NCBI RefSeq assembly: GCF_020745735.1
Contig: NW_026867490.1
Span: 310,001 to 374,000 of the forward strand
Direction of reading: 5' to 3'
Source: Hemiscyllium ocellatum
Taxonomy: Eukaryota
DNA: 64,000 nucleotides
This document shows positions 1 through 10,300 of this stretch, one piece after another (position 1 is the stretch's first letter; every line of letters begins with the position of its first letter). Below the pieces are notes generated by a model. It searched no databases, was not told the origin of the DNA, and saw only the letters and a program-made list of their open reading frames with translations. A program made the translations under genes and the position numbers.

Positions 1-424
1 AACCACTCAATTTAATTTCAACAACTGCATGCTTGCACGGAAACTACTTCTTTCAGATCATTAAACGGTAAGGTGACTGGTCCGCTCAGTTTGACTTCAA
101 GCTGAATCCCAGACCAGTTAAAGATCAAATTGGTTCAACATTTAGTGAGTCTGCAAATTGTCCCTTTTGTCAGTTAGTGGCAACCTGACTTTGTTTACGT
201 ATCATTTCTGAACATCCGAGCGCACAATTGATGTCTCTCTTCTTTCACATAAACGTTGACGTTGTCATAACTCGTTCATCCTATCACATTATACACAGGA
301 AGTGACATCAAATAAAAGGCAGGTAGTGCTGTCAGCTTTGTGTTGTCTGACGTTGTTGTGGTTTCTGAGGCCCAGAAACATTTCTCACATTCCGGCGCCA
401 CTGTAATGTGGCTGTCCATTGTCT
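1..424. repeat. Segmental duplicate of 27970-28395 (V promoter/leader module)
   Basis: Colinear high identity by eye with 27970-28395 (e.g. ...cctatcacatt a[t/a]acacaggaagtgacatcaaataaaag...). Confidence 0.9.
298..318 (+). promoter_or_regulatory. ETS site + CRE-like decamer AGTGACATCA + AT-rich box upstream of a V leader
   Basis: GGAAGTGACATCAAATAAAAG. The decamer at 301-310 fits the TCR V promoter consensus AGTGA(T/C)(G/A)TCA and is identical at 28271-28280, about 100 bp before the leader ATG. Confidence 0.6.
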
Positions 425-451
425 CTCTGGTCTGGTTTACTTCTGTTATTG
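406..451 (+). other. Antigen-receptor V leader exon (MWLSIVSLVWFTSVI+G)
   Basis: 46-nt hydrophobic ATG exon ending in phase 1 at G|GTAATA; a paralogous ATG is at 28377. Confidence 0.65.
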
Positions 452-559
452 GTAATAACTAAATTTTTAAATCGCATTTATTTTCTCGAGGAATAAATTT
501 GACAAATCCAATGCTTGCTTTTGGCAAGTATCAGAGTTGGATTGGAACACTTTTTGGTT

Positions 560-870
560 TTTACATACACTTTTGCGATCTATCTTGAATGAAGAACAAA
601 AGTACACGGAACACAATATAGAAGCGAATTTTGGGAACGATGCTGAATTCAGAGATTATAGCTGTCACAAAACAGCGTATAACCTTCAGTTCCTTTGGCC
701 AATAATGAGAGGACAGACGGAAAAATGGACTGAAGTATTTAGAATGAAGCAAACAGATTTGGCTTCGGACATGGAGAGGAATATGCCACTTGAGAAGAAT
801 TACAGATCTGTAAGTTTAAATGAGAAAATGCTCGTGGCACAGACTCTGCAATGAGGATTTGAAGAGAAAT
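560..870 (+). pseudogene. Possible highly decayed V exon
   Basis: Follows the 406-451 leader. Reads ...TAYNLQ...RSVSLNEKMLVA/DSAM, loosely FR2/FR3-like; no Cys pair or RSS recognisable. Confidence 0.3.
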
Positions 871-1335
871 ATGTTTAACCTCAGACCAGGCAGAAATATG
901 TTTCTCATTACGGCAAGAAGCATTAGGAGAAAACAAGAATCAATAATTTGAAAGGAAGCCAGATAAACGGGTGCATGTGATACGGATGGAATGTTTGCTT
1001 CAAGCACGAGAGGAAGAAATAGGCAAGACGCCAGTGTTTACACATTGGCATGAGCCTGACTGTAAGAATGAACTTCTTTTCTGCTCTCGGTAAGGAACTG
1101 TTGCGAATTTAGTTGAGTTCACTCATACATTTTATCACTGATTTCGGCTTTCCCTTACATTGTGTTTAGAGCTGAACGATGCAGATTCTGTCACTCAGTG
1201 GGAGACCTCTCTTGAAAATGCACCTACAGCTGAAATGATCATTACTTATTCTGGTACTGTTTAAAGTTTGATTAAAGATTTGTAGCTCGGGTATCCGTTG
1301 TTGTGGTTCTGTTCGCCGAGCTGAAAGTTTTTGCT

Positions 1336-1375
1336 GCAAACGTTTCGTTCCCTGGCTAGGGAACATCATCAGTGC
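1336..1375 (-). ncRNA. Minimal type I hammerhead ribozyme in the Penelope terminal repeat
   Basis: Minus strand: gca CUGAUGA u GUUCCCU-agcc-AGGGAAC GAAA cg UU ugc. 7-bp stem II, palindromic stem III, 3-bp stem I. Confidence 0.75.
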
Positions 1376-1432
1376 TGTTTGAGCCTCGTGTGAAGCGCTG
1401 CTTTGATGTTTCTTCCGGTATTTATGTTGGTT

Positions 1433-1590
1433 TGTTCTTGCCGCTTCCGGGTGTCAGTTTCAGCTGCCGTGATTTGTATATGGTGTCCAGGTCGATGTGT
1501 CTGTTGATGGATGTTCTTGCCGCTTCCGGGTGTCAGTTTCAGCAGTCGTGGTTTGTATATGGGGTCCAGGTCAATGTGTCTGTTGATGGA
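1433..1590. repeat. 79-bp tandem duplication inside the Penelope ORF
   Basis: 1433-1511 and 1512-1590 are near-identical (tgttcttgccgcttccgggtgtcag...tgttgatgga). Confidence 0.9.
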
Positions 1591-3215
1591 GTTTGGGGAT
1601 GAATGCCATTCTTCTTGGAATTCTCTGGCTGTTCTCTGTCTGGCTTGTCCTATGATAGTGGTGTTTTCCCAGTCAAATTCATGTTGCTGGTTGTCTGAGT
1701 GTATGGCTACTAGGGATAGCTGGTCGTGTCGTTTTGTGGCTAGCTGATGTTCATGGACGCGGATTGTTAGCTGTCTTCCTGTTTGTCCTATATAGTGTTT
1801 TGTGCAGTCCTTGCATGGTATTTTGTAAACTACGTTAGTTTGGCTCATGCTGGGTATTGAGTCCTTTGTTCTAGTGAGTTGTTGTCTGAGCGTGGATGTT
1901 CGCTTGTGAGCTGTTATGTGTCCTAAGGGTCGCAGTAGTCTGGCTGTCAGTTCTGAGACGCTCCTGACGTATGGCAGAGTGGCTAGTCCTTTTGGTTGTG
2001 GCATGTCCTTGTTCCGTGGTCTATCTCTTAGGCATCTGGTGATAAAGTTCCGTGGGTATCCGTTTTTGGCGAATACCTTGTATAGATGTTCCTCTTCCTC
2101 TTTTCGCAGTTCTGGTGTGCTGCAGTGTGTTGTGGCCCTTTTGAATAGTGTCCTGATGCAGCTTCGTTTGTGTGTGTTGGGGTGGTTACTTTCATAGTTT
2201 AAGACTTGGTCTGTGTGTGTTGGTTTCCTGTGTACCCTTGTGGTGAATTCTCCGTTGGGTGTTCTCTCTACTAACACGTCGAGGAATGGGAGTTGGCTAT
2301 CCTTTTCCTCTTCTCGTATGAATCGGATTCCTGAGTGTGGCGTTGATGATTCGGTGTGTTTTTTCTATACCTGTGTTTTTGATGATTACAAAGGTGTCAT
2401 CAACATATCGGATCCAGAGTTTGGGTTGGATTTGTGGTAGGGCTATATGTTCTAACCTTTGCACAACTGGTACTGCTTGTAGCCGGGCAGACAGTCCGAG
2501 TTCGCAATCCAGAGGTAAAAAAGTATTATTTCTGAAAACAAGGCGGATTTCTCTCAGAACCGCTTTCCTGATACCGTCCAGCAGGCAGAGAAGTTTTACT
2601 GATTGACCATCTCAGAGCTGGTGCTATCAGAATCCGCAGTCTATTAATGTGGAACCGCTCAGAGTAATGGGAAAGAGTGAAAGCCTTGTACAATATTTGC
2701 TGCAGTATCTGTTTATCAGTTGCTGCCTGTTGAGCGCTGTTTATAACGGGTTATACACTGACACTTAGGAACATTCCTGTGAAGAAATGCTTGAAGACTA
2801 TCTGTCAGAAGAAAATCTAAAGTCATTCACATGGATTGGTGATATTGATTATTGAACTGATTATGAGACGTATGTCATTGGCACCTTTGTATTTGGTGAT
2901 GTGTGGAAAGCCCCGCTCACTTTCATTGAGAATACAGATTGTGAAACTGGCTTGTCAATAACTGTATCCACTGATCTACGGATTGAAAAAGCCCGGAATC
3001 TCATCATTTTCGATAAGACATACTGAATGAACAGCAGTCGGTCATTGATGAAAATCTGAATCATCACACTAACCTGATTGAACATATCTCAATATTGAAG
3101 TACACATATTAAAGATTGAAAACCCACAATAATGCAAAATATACAGAGAATATTTTCGGGATATGATGAGAAGTTAACTAGCTATGACATTATCAGAAAA
3201 GGAATTACAAAATGT

Positions 3216-3550
3216 TAACAGGAATAAAGAATATGAGGTACAATGAGAGCTGAGACACCTTTCCCCTGAGAGAAAGAAAGGGTAGGATGTGGAAAGACGA
3301 ACAAAAAGAGGTCATAACATTATCAGGGGTGTGTATAAGGTCAATGTTAAAGGTCTCTTCACCTGGGTACGCGAGTTCAAACGTGGAGTACAATTTTTTA
3401 AGCTGAAAGGGGAAAGATTTGAGGGAACGTTTGGGGTAATTTTGTCACGTAGGGGTTGATGTGTACGTGCAATTAATAGCCCGAGAAAGAGGTAGATTCA
3501 GGAGCAATTATAACATCTCAGAGACGTTTATGAAGGCACGAGTTGGACAG
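3216..3550 (+). mobile_element. Decayed CR1 LINE 3' fragment
   Basis: Resembles the other CR1 3' ends in the window (aagctgaaaggggaaagattt...). Confidence 0.5.
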
Positions 3551-4109
3551 AATGAATTGTATCTTTGTTGCATTGCTCCGTGACTCTAATCAGAGAGAAC
3601 AGGCCCTCTTCGTTCTTGCAAAATTTGGTATCAAAACATCTGATTGCAAAAAAAGTGGTCATTGTAGCCAATATTAATCGAGATTTTAGGAACTTGAATT
3701 CATTTGTTCAGGCATTTTATGAGTAAAATGTATCTGTTTTATTATTTTCTTACCCATCTTACAGTGCGATCCTGCTACTTTGAAATATTCATTGCTGATT
3801 CGAAAACATGGCCAGGTCGGATATTTTGGGAAGATTTCTTGTGTGCATCTGTGTAACAATAGAGAAGAAATTACCTAATCTCTTGCATTGCTTATTGTTC
3901 GAATGTATTCGATATAAGACAGAGAGTAAACCCAGTCCAGTGAGGCGCTGTTAACCTTTAGATTATTCAGTATTTGGATACATTTCAATTTAGTTGTTTT
4001 GTGAAGATAATATTTTGAAAGTATACGTTTCTCTCCAGTCGTCCCGTGACGCCCTCCATCCTCCTTTCCATACATGCACCATTTAATGAGTTTTGTTTCA
4101 TTGCGTCAG

Positions 4110-4148
4110 AGTTTTTGTACGAGACTGGCTCTCCTTCCTGTCACTGTG
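4110..4148 (-). other. Near-consensus 23-bp-spacer recombination signal sequence
   Basis: Minus strand: CACAGTG (4148-4142) + 23 nt + ACAAAAACT (4118-4110), directly after the YYCGLR coding end. Confidence 0.95.
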
Positions 4149-4676
4149 TCTCTCAGTCCACAGTAATACACCGCGCTGTCAGACAGCTGCAGCTCACCAA
4201 TGGTGAAATTGCCTTCACTGTTCGACGTGTCCAGAGACGACAAACTCGAGGCCCCACTCCCTCATCTCTGAAAGGAACTCCGTAGCTAGGGATATACATC
4301 AAGAACGTCAGAGATTTTCTGCGGTACTGACGGTACAACTGTATAGAATATGAGTTATGTTGGACCGAATATTTGAATTTAATAGTCACTGAGTCTCCTT
4401 CGAACAATTTGATCGCAGTCAGCTCTTGTGAAATCGAATCTGTGCTATTAGCACCTGTAGCAATTTGGAAATAAACGAAAAATTACTTGTCATAATCTCG
4501 TTTTAATAAAATAATGTCAAGAATGTGCAAAAATACGTCACAAATAGCGAGGTAAATTTAGTTACAGGAAAGGCAACCATACCAATGTCAATTATCAGCA
4601 ACATTTGCCACTTCTTGAACTTACCAGTTAAGAATTCTGCAGCAGTCGTCAATGAGTAAAATGTAAAAAGCAACAT
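4149..4676 (-). pseudogene. TCR alpha/delta-like V segment (leader 4625-4676, intron 4455-4624, V exon 4149-4454), frameshifted
   Basis: Leader MLLFTFYSLTTAAEFLT+G|GTAAGT; acceptor CTACAG|. V exon DSISQELTAIKLFEGDSVTIKFKYS..YSIQLYRQY...VGPR / LDTSNSEGNFTIGELQLSDSAVYYCGLR. Frameshift at 4235-4245; F at the Cys23 position, L at the Trp41 position. Confidence 0.93.
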
Positions 4677-4880
4677 GCTTGCCAAGCAGGGGGTGAGCTT
4701 GAGCAAGGGGAAATGAAAGTAGATTTTCTTTGTTCAGAGACGGTGGTGGGACTGAACACTGCAAACTGAAACTGAAGGGTTTTTAAAGCTGATATTCTGT
4801 CATATCCTTTCTTCCTGACAACTGGTTCTTTCGCATAATCATCGACAGGTGGCAGTACAGTTGTGCTTCTTTATCAAGGG

Positions 4881-4919
4881 CACAGTGAGTCCAAATGCAA
4901 GATATTGACTACAACACTC
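4881..4919 (-). other. 23-RSS facing a decayed J-like sequence (about 4840-4880, minus strand)
   Basis: CACAGTG (4881-4887) + 23 nt + ACAACACTC. The adjacent minus-strand sequence gataaagaagc..actgtactg resembles a NAR-type J (DKE..TVL) but lacks a GxG motif and a splice donor. Confidence 0.45.
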
Positions 4920-5349
4920 TTGTCCTTCTTTAAGGAATGTGAACAATGATTTGGAATTCACATGAGGGATTATTTCCCAGACTAATTCCAGGAAAGAAAG
5001 GACTGCCCAGAAAGTGCTCTTCTCACCAACCTTGAACTTCATGTGTTATTGAAATGTGGAGAAAAGAAATAAACAGTGGTGATTGTATCTCCAGGTTCCA
5101 GCTCTTAGAATTTGATAGCAATTTATCTTGTTGACTCCAAATCGCGTTGATCATTCGCAATAATTGCACACAGACTCCAGAACAAGATAAAAAAAGCATC
5201 TGTGCAATCTCGGCAAGTTTGCATTTACAGATTATAACGCTAATAAAACGCCAATTAAAACAATAGTTGATGATGTGTGGCAGAGCTATTCGTTTTATTA
5301 CAGTAGAATAATTACTTTTTCATTTATTTGTGTGAAAATCTGGAAGTAG

Positions 5350-5785
5350 AGTTTTTGTATTGCATAATGTATTTAATCATCACTCTGTGTGTTGTAGTAG
5401 GAATGTGGTTATAGTGATAAGTGAAACTGTCTTCAATTCTCATGGATTGAATCTCCTTTGAAAATGTCTGTGTTCCTATAGTCATCTGTTTCAACAAATC
5501 TGACTCTGCTGGAGATCCACTCCTTGTCTTTCCCGGTTTGGCATTGCCTGAGGAAGTATATTAGAAGTAATTATCCTAGTTGTGAATGTAATAAACACAA
5601 CGAATGTTGAGCGACTATTCTGATTTCTTGTCACCATGGGCGGGATCTGTGTCACAAACTGACTGAAAGCGACTGGAAATTACACAAATTACAAGTTTAG
5701 ATAATTGGTAATCGTAGCAAAATAAAACAACAAACGGTGATAACCTCGCGGCAATGCTAGCAAATGACGTGATTGTGGGCATCAT
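5350..5785 (-). pseudogene. IgNAR/NAR-TCR-type V pseudogene with decayed leader and RSS
   Basis: Acceptor TTCCAG| at 5673. Across three frameshifts: VAFSQFVTQIPPMVTRNQNSRSTF/CVY../IYFLRQCQTGKDKEWISSRVRFVETDD/QTFSKEIQSMRIEDSFTYHY. Short Cys-Cys span (about 62 codons). RSS CAGAGTG-22-ACAAAAACT (5387-5350). Decayed leader about 5745-5785. Confidence 0.8.
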
Positions 5786-5886
5786 TATTTTGAATCAAAA
5801 TAAGGTCGGTTTATTTCATCAGTACTCTTGTATCCAGATAAACGGAGTGGAAATAAAACACGTGTTTCTGCCACCTCCAGATGATG

Positions 5887-5894
5887 ATTTGCAT
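5887..5894 (-). promoter_or_regulatory. Immunoglobulin octamer ATGCAAAT (heavy-chain orientation)
   Basis: Exact octamer about 100 bp upstream of the NAR-type V leader ATG on the same strand. Confidence 0.65.
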
Positions 5895-6399
5895 TACGTG
5901 CAGGGGATGCCTGCAGCCAAGAAGTATTGAGGGAGACTCGACTTCGGGGTTGGACTGGAATACTGGAAAGAATCGAACAGATCTGCTCGTGGAATCTCCT
6001 GAGATTACTGATGGGCGGGACGGTTACCTGAAATCACTTAGTGAACTATTTGAATTCGCAAGATTTAAAGAGGGATCACGTGGTGGTCTGTTAAGCCGAT
6101 GTGAATGCTGTGCCCAAATTGGGATGATATCAATGGCATTTGGGATGAGCTTGTGACTTGGTGAAGTCGTTTAACTTCGATCACATGAGTGAGGAAGGAA
6201 ATCAATTCTTACACTTTCATTGGGTGCGTCATATTCCAAAGAGCAGCAACTCGACTCAGTGATTAGTCAACGTACAGGCAAATGGAAACAAAATGCATTA
6301 AGAATAAATGTTCTGTGTCATTTTAGCCAATGTTTCTTTCCTCCTCCAACGAAGGTTTCATTAAACAATAACGTTCTGCACACGTTGTGCTTCCCTGAC

Positions 6400-6700
6400 A
6401 TACACCGCTCACTGCTACAGTGACAGGGAATAAAGCAGCATCCGAAAAAGCAATGGATATTTGGTTTACTTTTGAAAAAAAAATATACTGTTTGTTTTTG
6501 ATTGGGTTTGCCGAGGTTACTCTGGCAATGGAGCTGATAGTATTATGTTGATGTCTCCATATCAAAGCAGATTCGTTGCGGTATCACAAATAATGATTTA
6601 TCATGAACATACAACATTTTTTCCAATACTGTCGACCTGTCAAAACAACACTGCATCATGCCACTTCTTTGTTTACATTCAACTAGATGTCAGATTTTGC
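6400..6700 (-). pseudogene. Decayed TCR V-like remnant
   Basis: HYL*YRNESALIWRH (YL*YR at 6578-6592), similar to ELILWRH of the 20.3-kb V, and SDAALF/C at 6423-6445. Confidence 0.45.
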
Positions 6701-7169
6701 ACTCGACTATATATGAGTGAATACTTTACTGTAGCACAAACTCTGTTGTTTTTCTGATGAGAAGGGGCTGTGCCTCAGGTGTTTTTGCATTGGACCGTGC
6801 CGTGTTTTATATGTTCTTGATCATGTCTCTCTGCACTTGATGTTATGATTTCTATTCCATGTTTTAATAATTAATTACTATTCCTCCATTTAAATTTCCA
6901 ACTTCCCCTCCCCATCCCCAAAAAAATCTGTCGTCATTCTTAAGTATTTTGGCATAACATCTGAACATGTGGGACAGGCGGAAGGTCTGAACACTCTACT
7001 CCTGATCCTAATAGGCATGAATGCATGCTCACCTTTATTTCAAATACGTGCTGAAATGTAATGTTGTTTTTCATTTATCCCATGAGTTCAGCACAGTTTA
7101 CGGGCAGATTTAAAGTTATAAATTCACTCAAAACAAGAACTGTGGTCTCAATTCACTCTAGCACAAATC

Positions 7170-7335
7170 TTTCGCAGTAGTGTTAGACTGCTGTCAGTCA
7201 CAATGGTCTTGCAGCGCCCAGTACTTTCATTCAGTGCTTCATGTGATGTGAAGTAAATGGAATTGGCTGAGGCCCGGCTTTTGTGATGATCAGTAGAACA
7301 CCAACAAACAGCACCCATCAGCTGATCTGTTCTTA
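7170..7335 (-). pseudogene. Possible V remnant truncated by the CR1 insertion
   Basis: FY*..QKPG (7272-7298) and TDS...YC (7174-7195). Confidence 0.35.
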
Positions 7336-7337
7336 CT

Positions 7338-10300
7338 CATAGAACATAGAACATAGAACCAGACAGCACAGAACAGGCCCTTCGGCCCACGATGTTGTGC
7401 CGAAATTCTACCTAGATTAAGCACCCATCCATGTACCTATCCAAATGCCGCTTAAAGGTCGCCAATGATTCTGACTCTACCACTCCCACGGGCAGCGCAT
7501 TCCATGCCCCCACCACTCTCTGGGTAAAAAACCCACCCCTGACATCTCCCCTATACCTTCCACCCTTCACCTTAAATTTATGTACCCAGGGAAAACGTTT
7601 CTGACTGTTTACTCTATCTATTCCTCTGATCATCTTTTAAACTTCATCCTTCGCCGCTCCAACGAGAAAAGGCCAAGAACTCTCAACCTATCCTCGTACG
7701 ACCTATTCTCCATTCCAGGCAACATCCTGGTAAATCTTCTCTGCACCCTCTACAAAGCTTCCACATCTTTCCTAAAGTGAGGCGACCAGAACTGCACACA
7801 GTACTCCAAATGTGGCCTAACCAAAGATCTGTACAGCTGCAACATCACTTCACGACTCTTGAATTCAATCCCTCTGCTAATGAACGCTAATACACCATCG
7901 GCCTTCTTACAAACTCTATCAACCTGAGTGGCAACTTTCAAAGATCTATGTACATAGACCCCAAGATCCCTCTGTTCCTCCACCTGACTAAGAACTCTAC
8001 CGTTAATCCTGTATTCCGCTTTCTTATTTGTTCTTCCAAAATGGACAACCTCACACTTGGCAGGGTTGAACTCCATCTGCCACTCCTCAGCCCAGCTCTG
8101 CATCATGTCTAAGTCCCTTTGCTGCCGACAACAGCCCTCCTCACTGTCCACAACTCCACCAATCTTCGTATCATCTGCAAATTTACTGACCCACCCTTCG
8201 ACTCCCTCTTCCAAGTCATTAATAAAAATTACAAACAGCAGAGGACCCAGAACTGATCCCTGCGGAACTCCACTTGTAACGGGGCTCCAAGCTGAATATT
8301 TACCATCTACCACCACTCTCTGACTTCGACCGGTTAGCCAGTTTTCTATCCAATTGGCCAAATGTCCCTCTATCCCATGCCTCCTGACTTTCTGCATAAG
8401 CCTACCATGGGGAACCTTATCAAATGCCTCACTAAAATCCATGTACACTACATCCACTGCTCTACCCTCATCCACTTACTTGGTCACCTCCTTGAAGAAT
8501 TCAATAAGACTTGTAAGGCAAGACCTACCCTTCACAAATCCGTGCTGGCTGTTCCTAATCAAGCAGTGTCTTTCCAGATACTCATAAATCCTATCCCTCA
8601 GTACCCTTTCCATTACTTTGCCTACCACAGAAGTAAGACTAACTGGCCTGTAAGTCCCGGGGTTACCCCATTCCCTTTTTTAAACAGGGGCACAACATTC
8701 GCTACTCTCCAGTCCCCTGGTAACACCCCCGTTGACAGTGAAGACGAAAAGATTATTGCCAACGGTACTGCAATTTCCTTTTTTGCTTTCCACATTATCC
8801 TAGCATATATCCCGTCAGGCCCGGGGGACGTTTCTATCCTCAAGTTGTTCAAAATGTCCAACACATCTTCCTTCCTAACAAGTATCTCTTCTGGCTTACC
8901 AGTCCGTTTCACACTCTCCTCTTCAACAATACGGTCCATCTCGTTCGTAAATACTGAAGAAAAGTACTTGTTCAAGACCTCTCCTATCTCTTCCGACTCA
9001 ATACACAATCTCCCACTACTGTCCTTGATCGGACCTATCCTCGTTCTCGTCATTCTCAGGTTTCTCACATACGCATAAAATGCCTTGGGGTTATCCTTGA
9101 TTCAATCCGCCAAGGATTTTTCATGCCCTCTCTTAGCTCTCCTAATCCCTTTCTTCTGGTCCCTTCTGGCTACCCTGTAACCCTCCACTGCTCTGTCTGA
9201 ACCCTGTTTCCTCAACCTTATGTAAGCCTCCTTCTTCCTCTTTTCTAGACATTCAACCTCCCTCGTCAACCAAGGCTCCCTCACACGACCATTTCTTTCC
9301 TGCCTGATAGGTACATATATATCAAGGACACGTCGTATCTGCTCCTTGAAAAAGTTCCACATTTCCACCACATCCTTCCCTGACAGCCTATGCTCCCAAC
9401 TTATGCTCCTCAAATCGTGTCTTACTGCATCGTAATTTCCCTTCCCCCAATTGTAAAATCTATCTTGTTGTGCGCACCTATCTCTCTCCATAACCAAGGT
9501 GAAAGTCACAGAATTGGGGTCACCATCACCAAAATGTTCACCCACTAACAAGCCCATCACTTGTCCCGGTTCATTACCGAGTACCAAATCCAATATAGCC
9601 TCCCCTCTGGTTGGACAATCTACATACTGAATTAGAAAAGCTTCCTGGCACACTGCACAAACACCGCCCCATCCAATCTACTTGATCTAAAGAGCTTCCA
9701 ATCAATATTTGGGAAGTTGAAGTCGGTCATGACTACGATCTGTGGCTTCTGCACCATTTCCAAAATCTGTTTTCCAATCTGTTTCTCCACATCTCTGCTG
9801 CTCTTGGGGGGCCTATAGTAAACACCCAACAAGGTGACTGCACCTTTCCTATTTCTGACTTCAGCCCATACTACCTCCAAAGGCAGATCCCCCTCAAACT
9901 TCCTTTATGCCGCCGTTATACCATTTCTAGTTAGCAATGCCACCCCCTCCTTTTTTACCACCCTCTCTAATCTTACTGAAACATCTGTAACCAGAAACCT
10001 CCAACAACCATTCCTGTCCCTCATCTATCCACGTTTCCGTGATGGCCACAACATCGTAGCCCCAGGTACCGATCCACGCCTGTAGTTCACCCACCTTATT
10101 TGTGATACTCCTTGCGTTGAAGTATACGCACTTGAGCCCATCTCTGTGTCCGCAAGTATTCCCTGTCTGTGCTACCTTCTCCACAGCCTCCCTACATTCT
10201 TCGACATTCTGACACACAGCTAGCTTACTTGCTGGACTACAAGTCCAGATCCCATCACCCTGCCAAATTAGTTTAAACCCCCCCGAAGAGTGCTAGCAAA

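Larger units (their letters stand above)
1271..2461 (-). mobile_element. 5'-truncated Penelope-like retroelement (RT C-terminus + GIY-YIG endonuclease + terminal repeat)
   Basis: RT motif RYVDDTF at 2396-2407 (frameshifted from ORF 1369-2277); GIY-YIG motif NVVYKIPCKDCTKHYIGQTGR; terminal repeat with hammerhead core. Confidence 0.95.
1050..2698 (+). pseudogene. TCR alpha/delta-like V pseudogene interrupted by a Penelope element
   Basis: Leader 1050-1089 (G|GTAAGG), acceptor at 1169. 5' part ADSVTQWETS...TYSGTV*SL (1170-1270). 3' part WY..PGRQSEF...KADFSQNRF...LTISELVLSESAVY*CGT (2462-2659). Decayed 23-RSS: CAGAGTA-23-ACAATATTT (2660-2698). Confidence 0.85.
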
